Assembly (NCBI GenBank): GCA_963715995.1
Contig: OY970283.1
Coordinates: 2,866,411 to 2,930,410, forward strand
Direction: 5' to 3'
DNA length: 64,000 bases
Origin: an uncultured Thermoleophilaceae bacterium
Lineage (GTDB): Bacteria > Actinomycetota > Thermoleophilia > Solirubrobacterales > Thermoleophilaceae
The translations under genes and the position numbers were made by a program. Positions 20,233-30,178 of this stretch are shown here, one piece after another. Within the stretch, counting starts at the first letter, position 1. Each line of letters begins with the position of its first letter. Below the pieces are notes generated by a model. The model worked only from the letters and a program-made list of their open reading frames with translations. It searched no databases and was not told where the DNA came from.

Positions 20233-21603
20233 ATGACGGAGGGTGGCTCGGCGGACACGCGCGTGGTGCCCGTGTTCGAGGGCGAATCACTCGCCGGGCC
20301 GCTCCAGGCGCTCGTCGAGTCGGGCGAGGCGAAGGCCGCGCCGAAGAAGACCGCCGTCTTCCACGAGGACGGCCGGCGGGTGATTCTCGCCAGCGCCGGC
20401 AAGCGCGAAGGCGCCGACGCCGAGCGGCTCAGGGTTGCCGCTGCCGCCGCAGCGGCGCGCGCGAAGGAGATCGGGTCGACCGGTCTGGCCTGGGAGGTGC
20501 CCGACGTGCCGGGTGCCACCACCGGGATCGTGCAGGGCACGCTGCTGAGCCTGTACTCGTTCGACACCTTCAAGTCGAAGAAGGACGGCGACAACGGCAT
20601 CGCCGCGCTCGAGCTGGTGGGCGGCGCCGACGACGAGGCGGCTGAGGCGGTTGTCGAGGCCGAGGCGCAGAACGCGGCGCGCGATCTCCAGAACCTGCCC
20701 GCCAACGTGGCCACGCCCGAATTCCTGGCCGACCGCGCGCGCAAGCTCGACGGCGTCGAGGTCGAGGTGCTGGGCCGCGACCAGATCGTCGCGCGCGGCA
20801 TGGGCGCGCTCGCGGCCGTCGCGCAGGGCTCGTATGCCGAGCCGCAGCTGATCGTCATCCGCTACGACGGTGGCGGTGGTGGCCCCCACCTCGGCTTCGT
20901 CGGCAAGGCCGTGACCTTCGACTCCGGCGGCATCTCGATCAAGCCTGCGGGAAAGATGCACGAGATGAAGTTCGACATGTCGGGCGGCGCCGCCGTGATC
21001 GAAGCCATGGGCGCGATCGCCCGGCTCGGCCTCCCGGCCAAGGTCACCGCCGTGGTCGGCGCCTGCGAGAACATGCCGGGCGGCCGCTCGATGCGCCCCG
21101 GCGACATCGCCACGGCGATGAACGGCGTGACGATGGAGGTCAACAACACCGACGCCGAGGGCCGGATGGTGCTGGCCGACGCACTCGCGTTCGCGGTCGA
21201 GCAGGGCGCCGAGCGCCTGGTCGACCTCGCCACGCTCACGGGCGCGATCCTTGTCGCCCTCGGCCACACCTACTGCGGCTACTTCTCCAACGACGACGAC
21301 TGGATGGCCACGGTCGACGCCGCCGGAACGGCCACGGGCGAGATCGGCTGGCGCCTGCCGCTGCACCCCGAGTTCGAGGAGGCGACGAAGGGCCGCTATG
21401 CCGACCTCCAGAACGTCTCCGAGGCCCGCGACGCAGGCTCGATCTACGGAGCCGAGTTCCTGAAGCGCTTCGTGGACGGTCGCCCGTGGGTGCACATGGA
21501 CATAGCCGGAACCGCGTGGGGCATGAAGCGCAACTACGTGGGCAACGGAGCGTCCGGCTTCGGGGTGCGCACGCTGGTCGAGCTGGCGCGAACCGCCAGC
21601 TGA
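20233..21603 (+). CDS. pepA: leucyl aminopeptidase (M17)
   Basis: GKAVTFDSGGISIKP, MKFDMSGGAAV and NNTDAEGRMVLADAL signatures. ATG 20233; the upstream part of track ORF 19795.. is antisense to the transporter. Confidence 0.85.
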   Translation: MTEGGSADTRVVPVFEGESLAGPLQALVESGEAKAAPKKTAVFHEDGRRVILASAGKREGADAERLRVAAAAAAARAKEIGSTGLAWEVPDVPGATTGIVQGTLLSLYSFDTFKSKKDGDNGIAALELVGGADDEAAEAVVEAEAQNAARDLQNLPANVATPEFLADRARKLDGVEVEVLGRDQIVARGMGALAAVAQGSYAEPQLIVIRYDGGGGGPHLGFVGKAVTFDSGGISIKPAGKMHEMKFDMSGGAAVIEAMGAIARLGLPAKVTAVVGACENMPGGRSMRPGDIATAMNGVTMEVNNTDAEGRMVLADALAFAVEQGAERLVDLATLTGAILVALGHTYCGYFSNDDDWMATVDAAGTATGEIGWRLPLHPEFEEATKGRYADLQNVSEARDAGSIYGAEFLKRFVDGRPWVHMDIAGTAWGMKRNYVGNGASGFGVRTLVELARTAS

Positions 21604-21606
21604 GGG

Positions 21607-22209
21607 CTACGCGGGGATCTCGCCGTCGCGCATTGCGACGGCGATCGCCTGCGCACGCGTCCGCGCGCCCAGCTTGTTCATCGCGTTGCGCACGTGCGTG
21701 CGCACCGTCTCCGGTGAGATGCCGAGCTGATCTGCCGCCAGCGTGGTCGTCAGGCCCATCGCCACCAGCCGCAGCGACTCCTGCTCGCGCTGCGTGAGCT
21801 GCCCCGCGCGGCGTGGCCGTGCTGGGCGCGCGGCTCGCCTGTCCTGGCCGGGCTCGGCGAAGTAGGCGCCGACGTGGACGCCCGTGACCACGTTCGCGAA
21901 CGCGCCGTAGCGCACCGCCAGGCGCCCGCCGTCGGGACGCAGCAGCACGATCCGCGCCGTGGCCAGGCCGGCCACCCGCAGGTCGCGCCAGCGCATCTCG
22001 ATGCCGGGCCGCGATTCCGGAGCGAGGATCTCGTCGATCAGCAGGCCGGTGGCGTTCGCAGGCTCGTAGCCCGTGAGCGCGCACCAGCGGGGATTGACCC
22101 GCACGATCTTGCGGTCGTCGTCGGCGGCGAGCAGCGCGACGGGAGCGCTCGCGAAGAAGGCCCAGAGCATGTCGGCCTCGTCCTCCGGCATCCACGGCGA
22201 TGTGCTCAT
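21607..22209 (-). CDS. PAS-LuxR family transcriptional regulator
   Basis: PAS-like N-terminal half (IVRVNPRWCALTGYE) and a C-terminal LuxR HTH (LTQREQESLRLVAMGLTTTLAADQLGISPETVRTHVRNAMNKLG). ATG 22209. Confidence 0.75.
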   Translation of the reverse strand: MSTSPWMPEDEADMLWAFFASAPVALLAADDDRKIVRVNPRWCALTGYEPANATGLLIDEILAPESRPGIEMRWRDLRVAGLATARIVLLRPDGGRLAVRYGAFANVVTGVHVGAYFAEPGQDRRAARPARPRRAGQLTQREQESLRLVAMGLTTTLAADQLGISPETVRTHVRNAMNKLGARTRAQAIAVAMRDGEIPA

Positions 22210-22241
22210 GACCCGACCCGACAGCAGGTCCGGCCCTTCCA

Positions 22242-22739
22242 TCAGCTTCGCGCCGTGGCGCGCTTCGCGGGCTTCGCGCGCGTCTTGCGGGCCGCCACCG
22301 CGCCTTCGCTCTCGATGTGGCGCTTCAGGTTCTCGAGCATCGAGCGAATGTTGCCGCGCACCATCGGCGCTGACAACTGGTCGCTGAGCCAGCCGAGCAG
22401 GCCACCGGGAGCGTGGTAGCTCAGGCGGAACATCACGCTCGTGCGGTTGGGACCACGCTCGCGCAGGCGCCAGCGACCGCGCTGGTCGAGGCCCATCACG
22501 CTCGTCCAGGCCATGTCCCCCGGCTCGTCGAACTCGACGACCTCCACCAGGCCGCCAACCTGCGCCGAGCCCACGCGCATGAGCATCCGGTAGCGCGCGC
22601 CGCAGCCGCGCTTCTGCCGCCCCTCGACATCCCAGCGGGTGATGCCGCTGAAGAAGACGGTGTAGTTCGCGGGATCGGTGATGTAGGCCCACACGTTCTC
22701 GCGTGGGGCGTTGATCACGAGTTCGCGTTCGACGCGCAT
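22242..22739 (-). CDS. SRPBCC (polyketide cyclase/dehydrase-like) family protein
   Basis: MRVERELVINAPRENVWAYITDPANY is the typical START/SRPBCC N-terminus. 165 aa. Confidence 0.6.
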   Translation of the reverse strand: MRVERELVINAPRENVWAYITDPANYTVFFSGITRWDVEGRQKRGCGARYRMLMRVGSAQVGGLVEVVEFDEPGDMAWTSVMGLDQRGRWRLRERGPNRTSVMFRLSYHAPGGLLGWLSDQLSAPMVRGNIRSMLENLKRHIESEGAVAARKTRAKPAKRATARS

Positions 22740-23701
22740 CAGCCGATGAAGGGGAAGCGTCGCTCTGCGGCCAGCTCGTCGAGCTTGCCCTGCATCTCCG
22801 AGAGCACGTGGCGGTTGATCTCGCTGACGTCGGGGTCCTGCCCGAACTGGTCGCGCAGGTAGATCGGCGGCAGCACCTCGACCGTGATCTTGGCCGGCAG
22901 CGGGATGTGGCCCAGCATGTCACCGATGTTCAGCCCCCACGGGATCGCGAGCGAGATCGGCAGCACCTTCAGCCTGAACGCCCGGTCGATGCCGAGCAGG
23001 CGCGCCAGCCGCTCGCCGCGGCTCAGGAAGATCGAGGTCTCCTGGCCACCGATCGCGACCACGGGGACGATCGGCACGTCGTTGTCGAGCGCCAGGCGGA
23101 CGTAGCCCTTGCGGCCGTTGAAGTCGACCTTGTTGGCATCCCAGATCGGGCGATGAACCTCGTAGTCGCCGCCGGGATAGACGAGCAGCGCGGCGCCCGA
23201 CGCGAGCGCCTTGCGCGCGTTGTCGTGACTCGCCGCGACGGTGCCGAACTTGCGCAGCCTGCTGAGGCCCGGCATAGCGAGCACCAGGTTGTGTGCCAGC
23301 TGGTAGAAGGCACGCTCGACGCCGAAGTAGGTGTAGAAGGCCAGCGTGAAGACCGTGGTGTCCGGTGTGAGGTTGCCGCCCGAGTGGTTGCCGACGAGCA
23401 GCACCGGGCCGTCGGCGGGGATGTTGTGCAGGCCGCGAACCTCGCCGCGGAAGTAGAAGCTCGCGAGCATCCAGGCGCCGGGCAGCTGCTCGCGGATGTA
23501 GTCGGGATCGCGCTCGTCCAGATCCGCGCGCGGGATGCGCGAGACGAGGGCATTCGTGATCGCCTCGACCAGCCCTGGCCGCCGCGGCGCGGCGCGCTGG
23601 CCGCCCGAGTGATGCGCCGGGCCCGCCTTGCCGTTGGCGGAGGCGCTGCCGTTCGGCGACGAGCGCTGGGCAGCGCGGCGCGTTGTGCCCTTCTCAGCCA
23701 T
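22739..23701 (-). CDS. phospholipid/glycerol acyltransferase (PlsC/LPLAT superfamily)
   Basis: PVLLVGNHSGGNLTPD and VYPGGDYE blocks resemble LPLAT motifs I and III. Start is ATG 23701 or 23719. Confidence 0.55.
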   Translation of the reverse strand: MAEKGTTRRAAQRSSPNGSASANGKAGPAHHSGGQRAAPRRPGLVEAITNALVSRIPRADLDERDPDYIREQLPGAWMLASFYFRGEVRGLHNIPADGPVLLVGNHSGGNLTPDTTVFTLAFYTYFGVERAFYQLAHNLVLAMPGLSRLRKFGTVAASHDNARKALASGAALLVYPGGDYEVHRPIWDANKVDFNGRKGYVRLALDNDVPIVPVVAIGGQETSIFLSRGERLARLLGIDRAFRLKVLPISLAIPWGLNIGDMLGHIPLPAKITVEVLPPIYLRDQFGQDPDVSEINRHVLSEMQGKLDELAAERRFPFIG

Positions 23702-23761
23702 GGCTGAAGCATCCCACATGGGTGAACCTGCGCGGCCGAGTGAGTCCTTGGCGCCCGTGAA

Positions 23762-24826
23762 TCAGGCGGCGGCCCGGGCTGCCGGGCCGATCGGCGGCCA
23801 GGTGGCCGGATCGCCGGGCGGGCGGGCAACCTTGTGCGGCTCGCCGGGCGGCAGCCCGTCGAGCAGCGCGGCCACCTGCGGCTCGTGCAGCTGGCGCGCC
23901 ACCGTCTGGCGAGCCATCTCCAGCACGTCGTGGCGGCCCCGGCGCCGCATCAGGTTGCGGCCCATCAGCGCCAGGTCCTCGGCCAGCGGCTGCACCAGGA
24001 CCACCTCGGTGCCCTGCGCGCGCACCTTCTTCGCCTCGTAGCCCAGGCGGCGCCCGGCGGCAGAGCGCACGCTGCCCGCCACGACGTCGAGTGGGTTGAA
24101 GGACCGCGGCGACTCCAGCGACGAGGTCGGGTTCATGCAGATGACCAGGTCGAGCTCGCGGCCGGCGAGCAGGTCGAGGTTCGAAACCGAGTAGACGCCG
24201 CCGTCCACGTAGCGGCGCCCGTCGATCACGACCGGGCGGTAGAAGCCCGGGATCGCACACGACGCCGCCACCGCGTCGGCCAGCTCGGCCGTCGGCTCAT
24301 CCTCGCGGCCGAACGGCACCCGTCGCCCGCTGCCGTAGTCGCAGGCCACGACCCAGGTGCCCGGGTGGTCGCTCCAGCCGTGGGGCACGACGCGCCGGAT
24401 CACGTCCTTGATCGAGTCGTTCGACACCAGCCCGACCGGCAGCCAGGCGGCCATCGCGGCCGCCGGCGTGTAGGCATTCGGGCGCCGGAGCGCAGCGAAG
24501 CCGAGGCGCAGCGAGCCAGGGCCGAAAGGCGGCAGCCCGCGGTGCAGCTTGAAGTCGGCGCCGCCCGAGCGCGAGGCCGCCGCTGCGGGGTTGCCGTCGG
24601 CATCGACCAGCCCGTCGAACGACTCGCCGGCGGAGTGGGCGACCATGAACCACGGCGGGACGCCCGAGGCAAGCAGCGAGCCCATCACGGAGCCGGCGGA
24701 GGTGCCGACGATGTAGTCGGCGGAGCTCGGATCCCAGCCCGTCTCCTCGGCGATGGCCGCCAGGCCACCGCTCAGCCAAGCGCCCCCGAGGACGCCGCCG
24801 GCACCGAGCACGAGCCCGACTCTCAT
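23762..24826 (-). CDS. patatin-like phospholipase
   Basis: Oxyanion GAGGVLGG, nucleophile GTSAG (GxSxG) and catalytic Asp in YVDGGV. Confidence 0.8.
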   Translation of the reverse strand: MRVGLVLGAGGVLGGAWLSGGLAAIAEETGWDPSSADYIVGTSAGSVMGSLLASGVPPWFMVAHSAGESFDGLVDADGNPAAAASRSGGADFKLHRGLPPFGPGSLRLGFAALRRPNAYTPAAAMAAWLPVGLVSNDSIKDVIRRVVPHGWSDHPGTWVVACDYGSGRRVPFGREDEPTAELADAVAASCAIPGFYRPVVIDGRRYVDGGVYSVSNLDLLAGRELDLVICMNPTSSLESPRSFNPLDVVAGSVRSAAGRRLGYEAKKVRAQGTEVVLVQPLAEDLALMGRNLMRRRGRHDVLEMARQTVARQLHEPQVAALLDGLPPGEPHKVARPPGDPATWPPIGPAARAAA

Positions 24827-24845
24827 CCGTTCAGGGTAGCCGCGA

Positions 24846-25751
24846 TCAGGACGAATTCAGTGTCGGATCACGGTAGACCGGCTTCGTCCAGGGTGGCGCG
24901 ATGCCGCCTTTCTTCGGCGTGTAGGTCGAGTGCGGAAGGGTCTCGAGCGGTACGAGCGCGATCCCGGGCGCCGTGGTCGCGCGCTCGTGCAGGCCCTGCC
25001 CGGGCCGCAGCGGCTTGTAGGTCATGTGAACGCCCCAGCGCTTCAGGTGCGGTGCCGAGTCGAGCGGGACATGGCCCGCGTGGCTGCCGCGCGACACGCG
25101 CGTCCAGCCGGTGCTCGGCCCCCACTGGTTCTTGCACCAGATGTGCTTGCACCACTGCCAGTGGCCGTGGGCGGAGGCACGGACGGCCACCCGCCCGTGA
25201 CCATCGATCCGCACTTCGAAGGACTCCCAGTCGTCCGGGTGGTCGGCCGGGTCGTGGATCCCGAGTGTGTGCAGCAGCCCGTGTGAGTGCAGGAAGGTCG
25301 AGGGCGAGTCCGGGTAGTAGAGGAAGTACTCGATGTAGGTCATGCCGGCTCGGTGCACCACGCGCGTGAAGGCGGTCGCCTGCATGCCGCCGCGCGCCGA
25401 GCGGTGGACGTCGAGATCCGGGTCGTCGGGGGCGTCCGAGCAGCGGTGCGAGCGGCAGTGCCTGTAGTCGACCGGCAGCGTGAGCGTGCCCGGCTCGTAG
25501 ACGATGCTGGGCGCGTGCTCGCGCACGAGCGCGGCGTCACGCTCACCGTAGGCGTGCCGCAGCTCAGCGTCACCGGCGTGGCAGTCGCCGCGTACCGCGC
25601 AGACGAGCACCCGCGCCAGCGCGGACCCGAGCGGGCGCCCGTCGACGGCTGGGACGAACGCGATCGCGGCGGTCAGGGCAAGCGACACGAGCAGCAGCAG
25701 GCCGATCCACTCGACGCTCGCCTGCCCGCGTTCACCGCTCATGGACCGCAC
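24846..25751 (-). CDS. hypothetical His/Trp-rich protein with TadE/Flp-like N-terminal leader
   Basis: N-terminus GERGQASVEWIGLLLLVSLALTAAIAF resembles TadE/pseudopilin leaders. I do not recognise the rest. Confidence 0.5.
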   Translation of the reverse strand: MRSMSGERGQASVEWIGLLLLVSLALTAAIAFVPAVDGRPLGSALARVLVCAVRGDCHAGDAELRHAYGERDAALVREHAPSIVYEPGTLTLPVDYRHCRSHRCSDAPDDPDLDVHRSARGGMQATAFTRVVHRAGMTYIEYFLYYPDSPSTFLHSHGLLHTLGIHDPADHPDDWESFEVRIDGHGRVAVRASAHGHWQWCKHIWCKNQWGPSTGWTRVSRGSHAGHVPLDSAPHLKRWGVHMTYKPLRPGQGLHERATTAPGIALVPLETLPHSTYTPKKGGIAPPWTKPVYRDPTLNSS

Positions 25752-25807
25752 CGTAGGCGCGGCCGAGTGACGTGTGGGTTACGAGCGTTACGCTGCCGCA
25801 CCGCCTC

Positions 25808-26942
25808 ATGAACTTCGACCTCACAGACGAGCAGAAGAACATCCAGCGCCTGGCGCGCGACTTCGCGCAGGGGGAGGTGAAGCCCGTGGCCGAGGAGCTC
25901 GACCGCACGAAGAGCTTCCCCTACGAGATCGTCGCGAAGCTGGCCGAGCTGGGGCTGATGGGGATGCCGTTCCCCGAGGAGTACGGCGGCGCCGGCGCCG
26001 ACAACCTCTCCTACGCGCTCGCGCTCGAGGAGCTCGGGCGGATCGACTCGTCGGTGGCGATCACGGTCGCCGCCCACACCTCGCTCGGCACCTGGCCGAT
26101 CTACGCGTTCGGCGCCGACGACCAGAAGCGCGAGCTGCTGCCGGCGCTCTGCGCGGGCGAGCGGCTCTGGAGCTTCGGCCTGACCGAGCCGGAGGCCGGC
26201 TCCGACGCCGGCAACACGCGCACAACGGCCAAGCTCGAGGACGGCGACTGGGTGATCGACGGGGCCAAGCAGTTCATCACCAACGCCGGGACCGACATCT
26301 CCGGCGGCGTGACGATCACGGCGCGCACGGGCGACGGCGAGATCTTCGAACATCATCGTCCCGAAGGACACGCCCGGCTACGAGGTCGGCGAGCCGTATC
26401 GCAAGATGGGCTGGAACGCATCGGACACGCGGCCGCTCGCGTTCGATGGGGCGCGCGTGCCCGAGGAGAACCTGCTCGGCCCGCGCGGCATGGGTTTCAA
26501 GCAGTTCCTCCAGACGCTCGACGGCGGCCGTATCGGCGTGGCCGCGATGAGCGTCGGCCTTGCGCAGGGAGCGCTCGATGAGGCGCTGTCCTACGCCAAG
26601 GAGCGGCGGGCCTTCGGCCAGCCGATCGCGAAGTTCCAGGCGATCCAGATGAAGCTGGCCGACATGTCGACCGAGATCGAGGCGGCGCGGATGCTGACCT
26701 ACCACGCGGCATGGCTGAAGGACCAGGGGCGCAACTTCACGCTGACCGCCGCGCACGCGAAGCTCAAGTCCGGGCGACTGGCTGTGCGCGCGACCGAGGA
26801 GGCGGTGCAGATCCACGGCGGTTACGGCTACATCGAGGAGTACCCGGTGTGCCGCTTCTACCGCGACGCGAAGATCCTGACGATCGGCGAGGGCACCGAC
26901 GAGGTGCAGCAGATGGTGATCGCACGGGCGCTCGGCGCCTGA
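25808..26942 (+). pseudogene. acyl-CoA dehydrogenase with a +1 nt frame interruption near 26345
   Basis: The N-part (MNFDLTDEQ...GLTEPEAGSDAG...TARTGDGEI) is in the frame of ORF 25772..26581. The C-part (SNIIVPKDTPGYEVGEPYRKMGWNASDT...QIHGGYGYIEEYP...IGEGT) is in the +1 frame (ORF 26406..26942). Confidence 0.85.
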
Positions 26943-28309
26943 AGAGCGGCCGCGGCACGGCGCTTGCGATATGGCTGGTGCTGGCGGCGGCCTACGTGTC
27001 GACGCTCGGCATGGACTCGGTGCCGGGCCACGACTACGGCGGCGACGAGCCGCACTACCTGCTGGCGGCGCGTTCGCTGGCCAAGCAGCACAACCTCGAC
27101 GTGCGCGACGACTACGCCGCGCACGCGTTCCGCGACTTCGACGCAGCGCCGCCGAAGCCGCAGGGCGTCATCCGCGACGGTGCCCGCTACGAACCGCACT
27201 CGATCGGGCTGCCGCTGCTGGCTGCGCCGTTCTACGCGCTCGGCGGGCCGAAGGCCGTGGAGTGCCTGATCGCGGCGCTGCTCGCGGCCGCGCTTGCGCT
27301 GTCCTACCTGCTCGCGCGACGGGTCGTGCCCGACCCGTGGTGCGCGTTCGCCGCGCTGGCCCTCGGCCTCTCGCCCCCGCTGGTCGCGCATGCGACCGCC
27401 GTCCTGCCCGAGCCGGTGGCAGCCGCCGCGCTGGCCGGCGCAGCGGTGTGTGCCGCACGCCTTCGCGACGGCCCGTCGCGCGCCGCCGCGTTCACCTGCT
27501 TCGTCCTCCTTGGCTCGCTGCCCTGGCTCGGGATCGTCTTCATCCCGCCGGGGCTCGTGATCGCGGCCGCCGCGGTGCGGTCGCTGCGACGGGCCGGCCG
27601 GCGGCTGCTCGCGCTCGGCAGCACCGAGGTGGCCTTCTTCTCGCTGGCTCTGCTCGTAGGGCTGAACGAGGCTCTGTTCGGCGGGCCGACGCCGCACGCA
27701 GCCGACGCGCCGGGCGTGAGCGCGACCGGCGCGGACTCGGTGGCGGACTACCTTGGCCGCTGCTGGCGCGTGGTGGCGCTGTTCCTCGACCGTGACTACG
27801 GGCTCATCCGCTGGGCGCCCGTTACCGCGCTGATCTTCGCCGGCGGCTGGGTGCTCTACCGCTCCGCGCGTGAGCAGTTCGCGCGCGCGATCGCCGGACT
27901 TGACGAGGAGCACTGGCTCGCGCGCCTCTGCGGCCTCGCGGCGCTGACCACGCTCGTCACGGCCGCCCTGTTCGTGCCCTCGCTGCGGGCGGGCTTCCCT
28001 GGGCGCGCGCTCGTTCCGGTGCTGCCGCTGGCGCTCCCGCTCGTGGCGCTCGGGCTGCGGCAGGCGCCGCGGATCGGCGGCCTGCTGGCGCTGCTCGGCC
28101 TGGCCGGATCGGTGTGGCTGTGGATCGACACGCGCGGCGGTGGCGGCCTCATGAGCCACCGCCCCGAGGCGCCGTGGGGCCCGCTCGACCAGGTCTTCCC
28201 GGTCTTCAACGGCGGGGCCTGGCCCTACGTTCTGCTCGCAGCCGTCGTGGCGGCCCTCGCCGCGCCGGTGCTGCGCGAGGAGCTCGATCTGCGCCGCCGC
28301 CTGGGCTAG
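26939..28309 (+). CDS. polytopic membrane protein, GT-C-like glycosyltransferase candidate
   Basis: Many TM helices. N-terminal loop DYGGDEPHYLLAARSLAKQHNLDVRDDY. No canonical start near the first TM helix; possibly CTG 26939 overlapping the ACAD stop. Confidence 0.45.
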   Translation: MKSGRGTALAIWLVLAAAYVSTLGMDSVPGHDYGGDEPHYLLAARSLAKQHNLDVRDDYAAHAFRDFDAAPPKPQGVIRDGARYEPHSIGLPLLAAPFYALGGPKAVECLIAALLAAALALSYLLARRVVPDPWCAFAALALGLSPPLVAHATAVLPEPVAAAALAGAAVCAARLRDGPSRAAAFTCFVLLGSLPWLGIVFIPPGLVIAAAAVRSLRRAGRRLLALGSTEVAFFSLALLVGLNEALFGGPTPHAADAPGVSATGADSVADYLGRCWRVVALFLDRDYGLIRWAPVTALIFAGGWVLYRSAREQFARAIAGLDEEHWLARLCGLAALTTLVTAALFVPSLRAGFPGRALVPVLPLALPLVALGLRQAPRIGGLLALLGLAGSVWLWIDTRGGGGLMSHRPEAPWGPLDQVFPVFNGGAWPYVLLAAVVAALAAPVLREELDLRRRLG

Positions 28310-28357
28310 GAACCGCATCGAACGCAGGGCTCGCGTGTCTAGCCTGCTGCGCTCTTC

Positions 28358-30178
28358 GTGCCCCTTCGCACGCTCACATTCCTAACGGCACTGGTCCTCG
28401 CCCTCGGCGCGGCTGCTCCTGCCATGGCCGCGGGCAAGCCGTGGTACCAGGACGGGCCCGGCGGGCGCATCCTGCTCGGCGGCAGCTGGCTCTACCGCGC
28501 GGACCCGGCCGACCAGGGCGTGGCCGGCGGCTGGGCAGCGCAGACAGACACGGTTGGCTGGTCGGCCACAACCGTGCCGAACGCCTGGAACGCGGGCGAC
28601 GACTCGGCCGCGAGCATGGCCGGCAGCGTCGGCTGGTACCGGCGTGATTTCACGGTCCCGGCGAAGCCGGCCGGCGCGAGCTGGATCGTCCGCTTCGAGT
28701 CCGTCAACTACTACGCGACGGTGTTCCTGAACGGCCGCCAGATCGGCCAGCACGAGGCGGCCTCGATCCCGTTCGACATCCCGCTGGCCGATCTCCAGCC
28801 AGGCGTCAACCACCTTGTCATCCGCGTGGACAGCCGCCGTGACCGCAACAGCCTGCCCCCAGGCCCGACCGGCGGCTGGTTCAACTACGGCGGGATCCTG
28901 CGCGAGGTCTACCTGCGCCCCGTGACGGGGGTCGACATCTCGGAGCTGCTCACGCGGCCGATCGGCGCAGACAGGCTGCTGGTGCGAGCGACGATCACCA
29001 ACCCGGACGGCCGCCTGCGAGCCGCGCGGGTGAATGCGCTGGTGGCAGGCCTGCCGGTGTCGCTCGGCACCGTGCGCGTGGGCGCCGGGGCGAGCCGCTC
29101 GCTGTCGAAGACCGTCACGGTCAGCAACGTGCGCGAGTGGGCGCCGCGCTCGCCGTCGCTGTTCGAGGTCACGGCGGTTGCCTCGGCCAAAGGCAAGACG
29201 CTTGCCACCTACACGGTCCATACCGGGCTGCGCACCCTCGCAATCCGCGGCGACGGCCGCATGACGATGAACGGCCTGGCGCTGAACCTGCGCGGCGCGG
29301 CCATGCACGAGCAGACGCCCGCGCGCGGCGCGGCGCTGCTGCCGGCCGACCACGCGCGCCAGATCAAGCTCCTCGAGAGCGCCGGCGCCGACCTGACGCG
29401 CGTCCACTACCCACTGTCGGAGGACTTCCTCGAGCGCGCCGACCGCGCCGGGATCGCGGTCTGGGAGGAGATCCCCTTCTACCAGCTGTCCGAATCGGCG
29501 ATGCGCGACCCGCTCGTGCGCCAGAAGGGGCTGGACTACCTTGCGGCCGCCATCAAGCGCGACGAGAATCATCCGTCGGTGATCGCCTGGAGCATCGGCA
29601 ACGAGCTGCCGGCCACACCGGGGCGCGGGCAGAAGGCGTACATCCGCGACGCGGTCGCGCTCGCGCACCGGCTCGACCCGACGCGCCCGGTGGCGCTGGC
29701 GCTGGCCGGCTACCCCGTGAAGAACTACCTGCCGGCCTACGCGCCGCTCGACGCGCTCGGGATCAACGACTACTTCGGCTGGTACCCGGGCCCGACCGGG
29801 CAGATCGAGAACCGGGCGGCGCTCGGGCAGTTCCTCGACCGCGCCCATGCGAACTACCCGCGGAAGGCCTTGTTCGTGACGGAGTTCGGCGCCGAGGCCA
29901 ACCGCGCCGGGCCGCGCGACGAGAAGGGCACCTACGACTACCAGAAGGAGTTCATGCGCTTCCACCTGGCCACCTACGCGAAGCGCCCGTGGCTGAACGG
30001 GGCGATCGTGTGGACGCTCCAGGACTTCAAGGTGCGTCCCGACTGGACCGGCGGCAACCCGCAGCCGGACGCGCCCTGGCTGCGCAAGGGGCTGCTCGAC
30101 CAGAACGGCAGCCCGAAGCCTGCCTACGCCCCGACGGCGCGCACCTTCAAGCGCGCGAAGCCGCTGGTGGCGCCGTGA
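28358..30178 (+). CDS. secreted glycoside hydrolase family 2
   Basis: Signal peptide ending APAMAAG. NHPSVIAWSIGNE (acid/base region) and LFVTEFGAE (nucleophile region) are typical of GH2. Confidence 0.8.
   Translation: MPLRTLTFLTALVLALGAAAPAMAAGKPWYQDGPGGRILLGGSWLYRADPADQGVAGGWAAQTDTVGWSATTVPNAWNAGDDSAASMAGSVGWYRRDFTVPAKPAGASWIVRFESVNYYATVFLNGRQIGQHEAASIPFDIPLADLQPGVNHLVIRVDSRRDRNSLPPGPTGGWFNYGGILREVYLRPVTGVDISELLTRPIGADRLLVRATITNPDGRLRAARVNALVAGLPVSLGTVRVGAGASRSLSKTVTVSNVREWAPRSPSLFEVTAVASAKGKTLATYTVHTGLRTLAIRGDGRMTMNGLALNLRGAAMHEQTPARGAALLPADHARQIKLLESAGADLTRVHYPLSEDFLERADRAGIAVWEEIPFYQLSESAMRDPLVRQKGLDYLAAAIKRDENHPSVIAWSIGNELPATPGRGQKAYIRDAVALAHRLDPTRPVALALAGYPVKNYLPAYAPLDALGINDYFGWYPGPTGQIENRAALGQFLDRAHANYPRKALFVTEFGAEANRAGPRDEKGTYDYQKEFMRFHLATYAKRPWLNGAIVWTLQDFKVRPDWTGGNPQPDAPWLRKGLLDQNGSPKPAYAPTARTFKRAKPLVAP

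Noticed and set aside
22739-24826. Patatin phospholipase as part of a CBASS-like or other anti-phage module; more generally a defence island in this window
   Set aside because: No cyclase, CD-NTase, STING/SAVED, TIR, nuclease, helicase, methylase or toxin-antitoxin partners are nearby. The neighbours are lipid-metabolism genes with normal composition. I found no recognisable defence system, prophage or integrative element anywhere in the window.
26338-26352. Programmed ribosomal frameshifting at the two frame interruptions (26345 and 36793)
   Set aside because: Neither site has a slippery heptamer or homopolymer run (GAGATCTTCGAA; GTGCCAGGCCAAC). I saw no obvious downstream stimulatory structure. 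These enzyme families are not known to use recoding. An indel, real or from assembly, is the simpler explanation.
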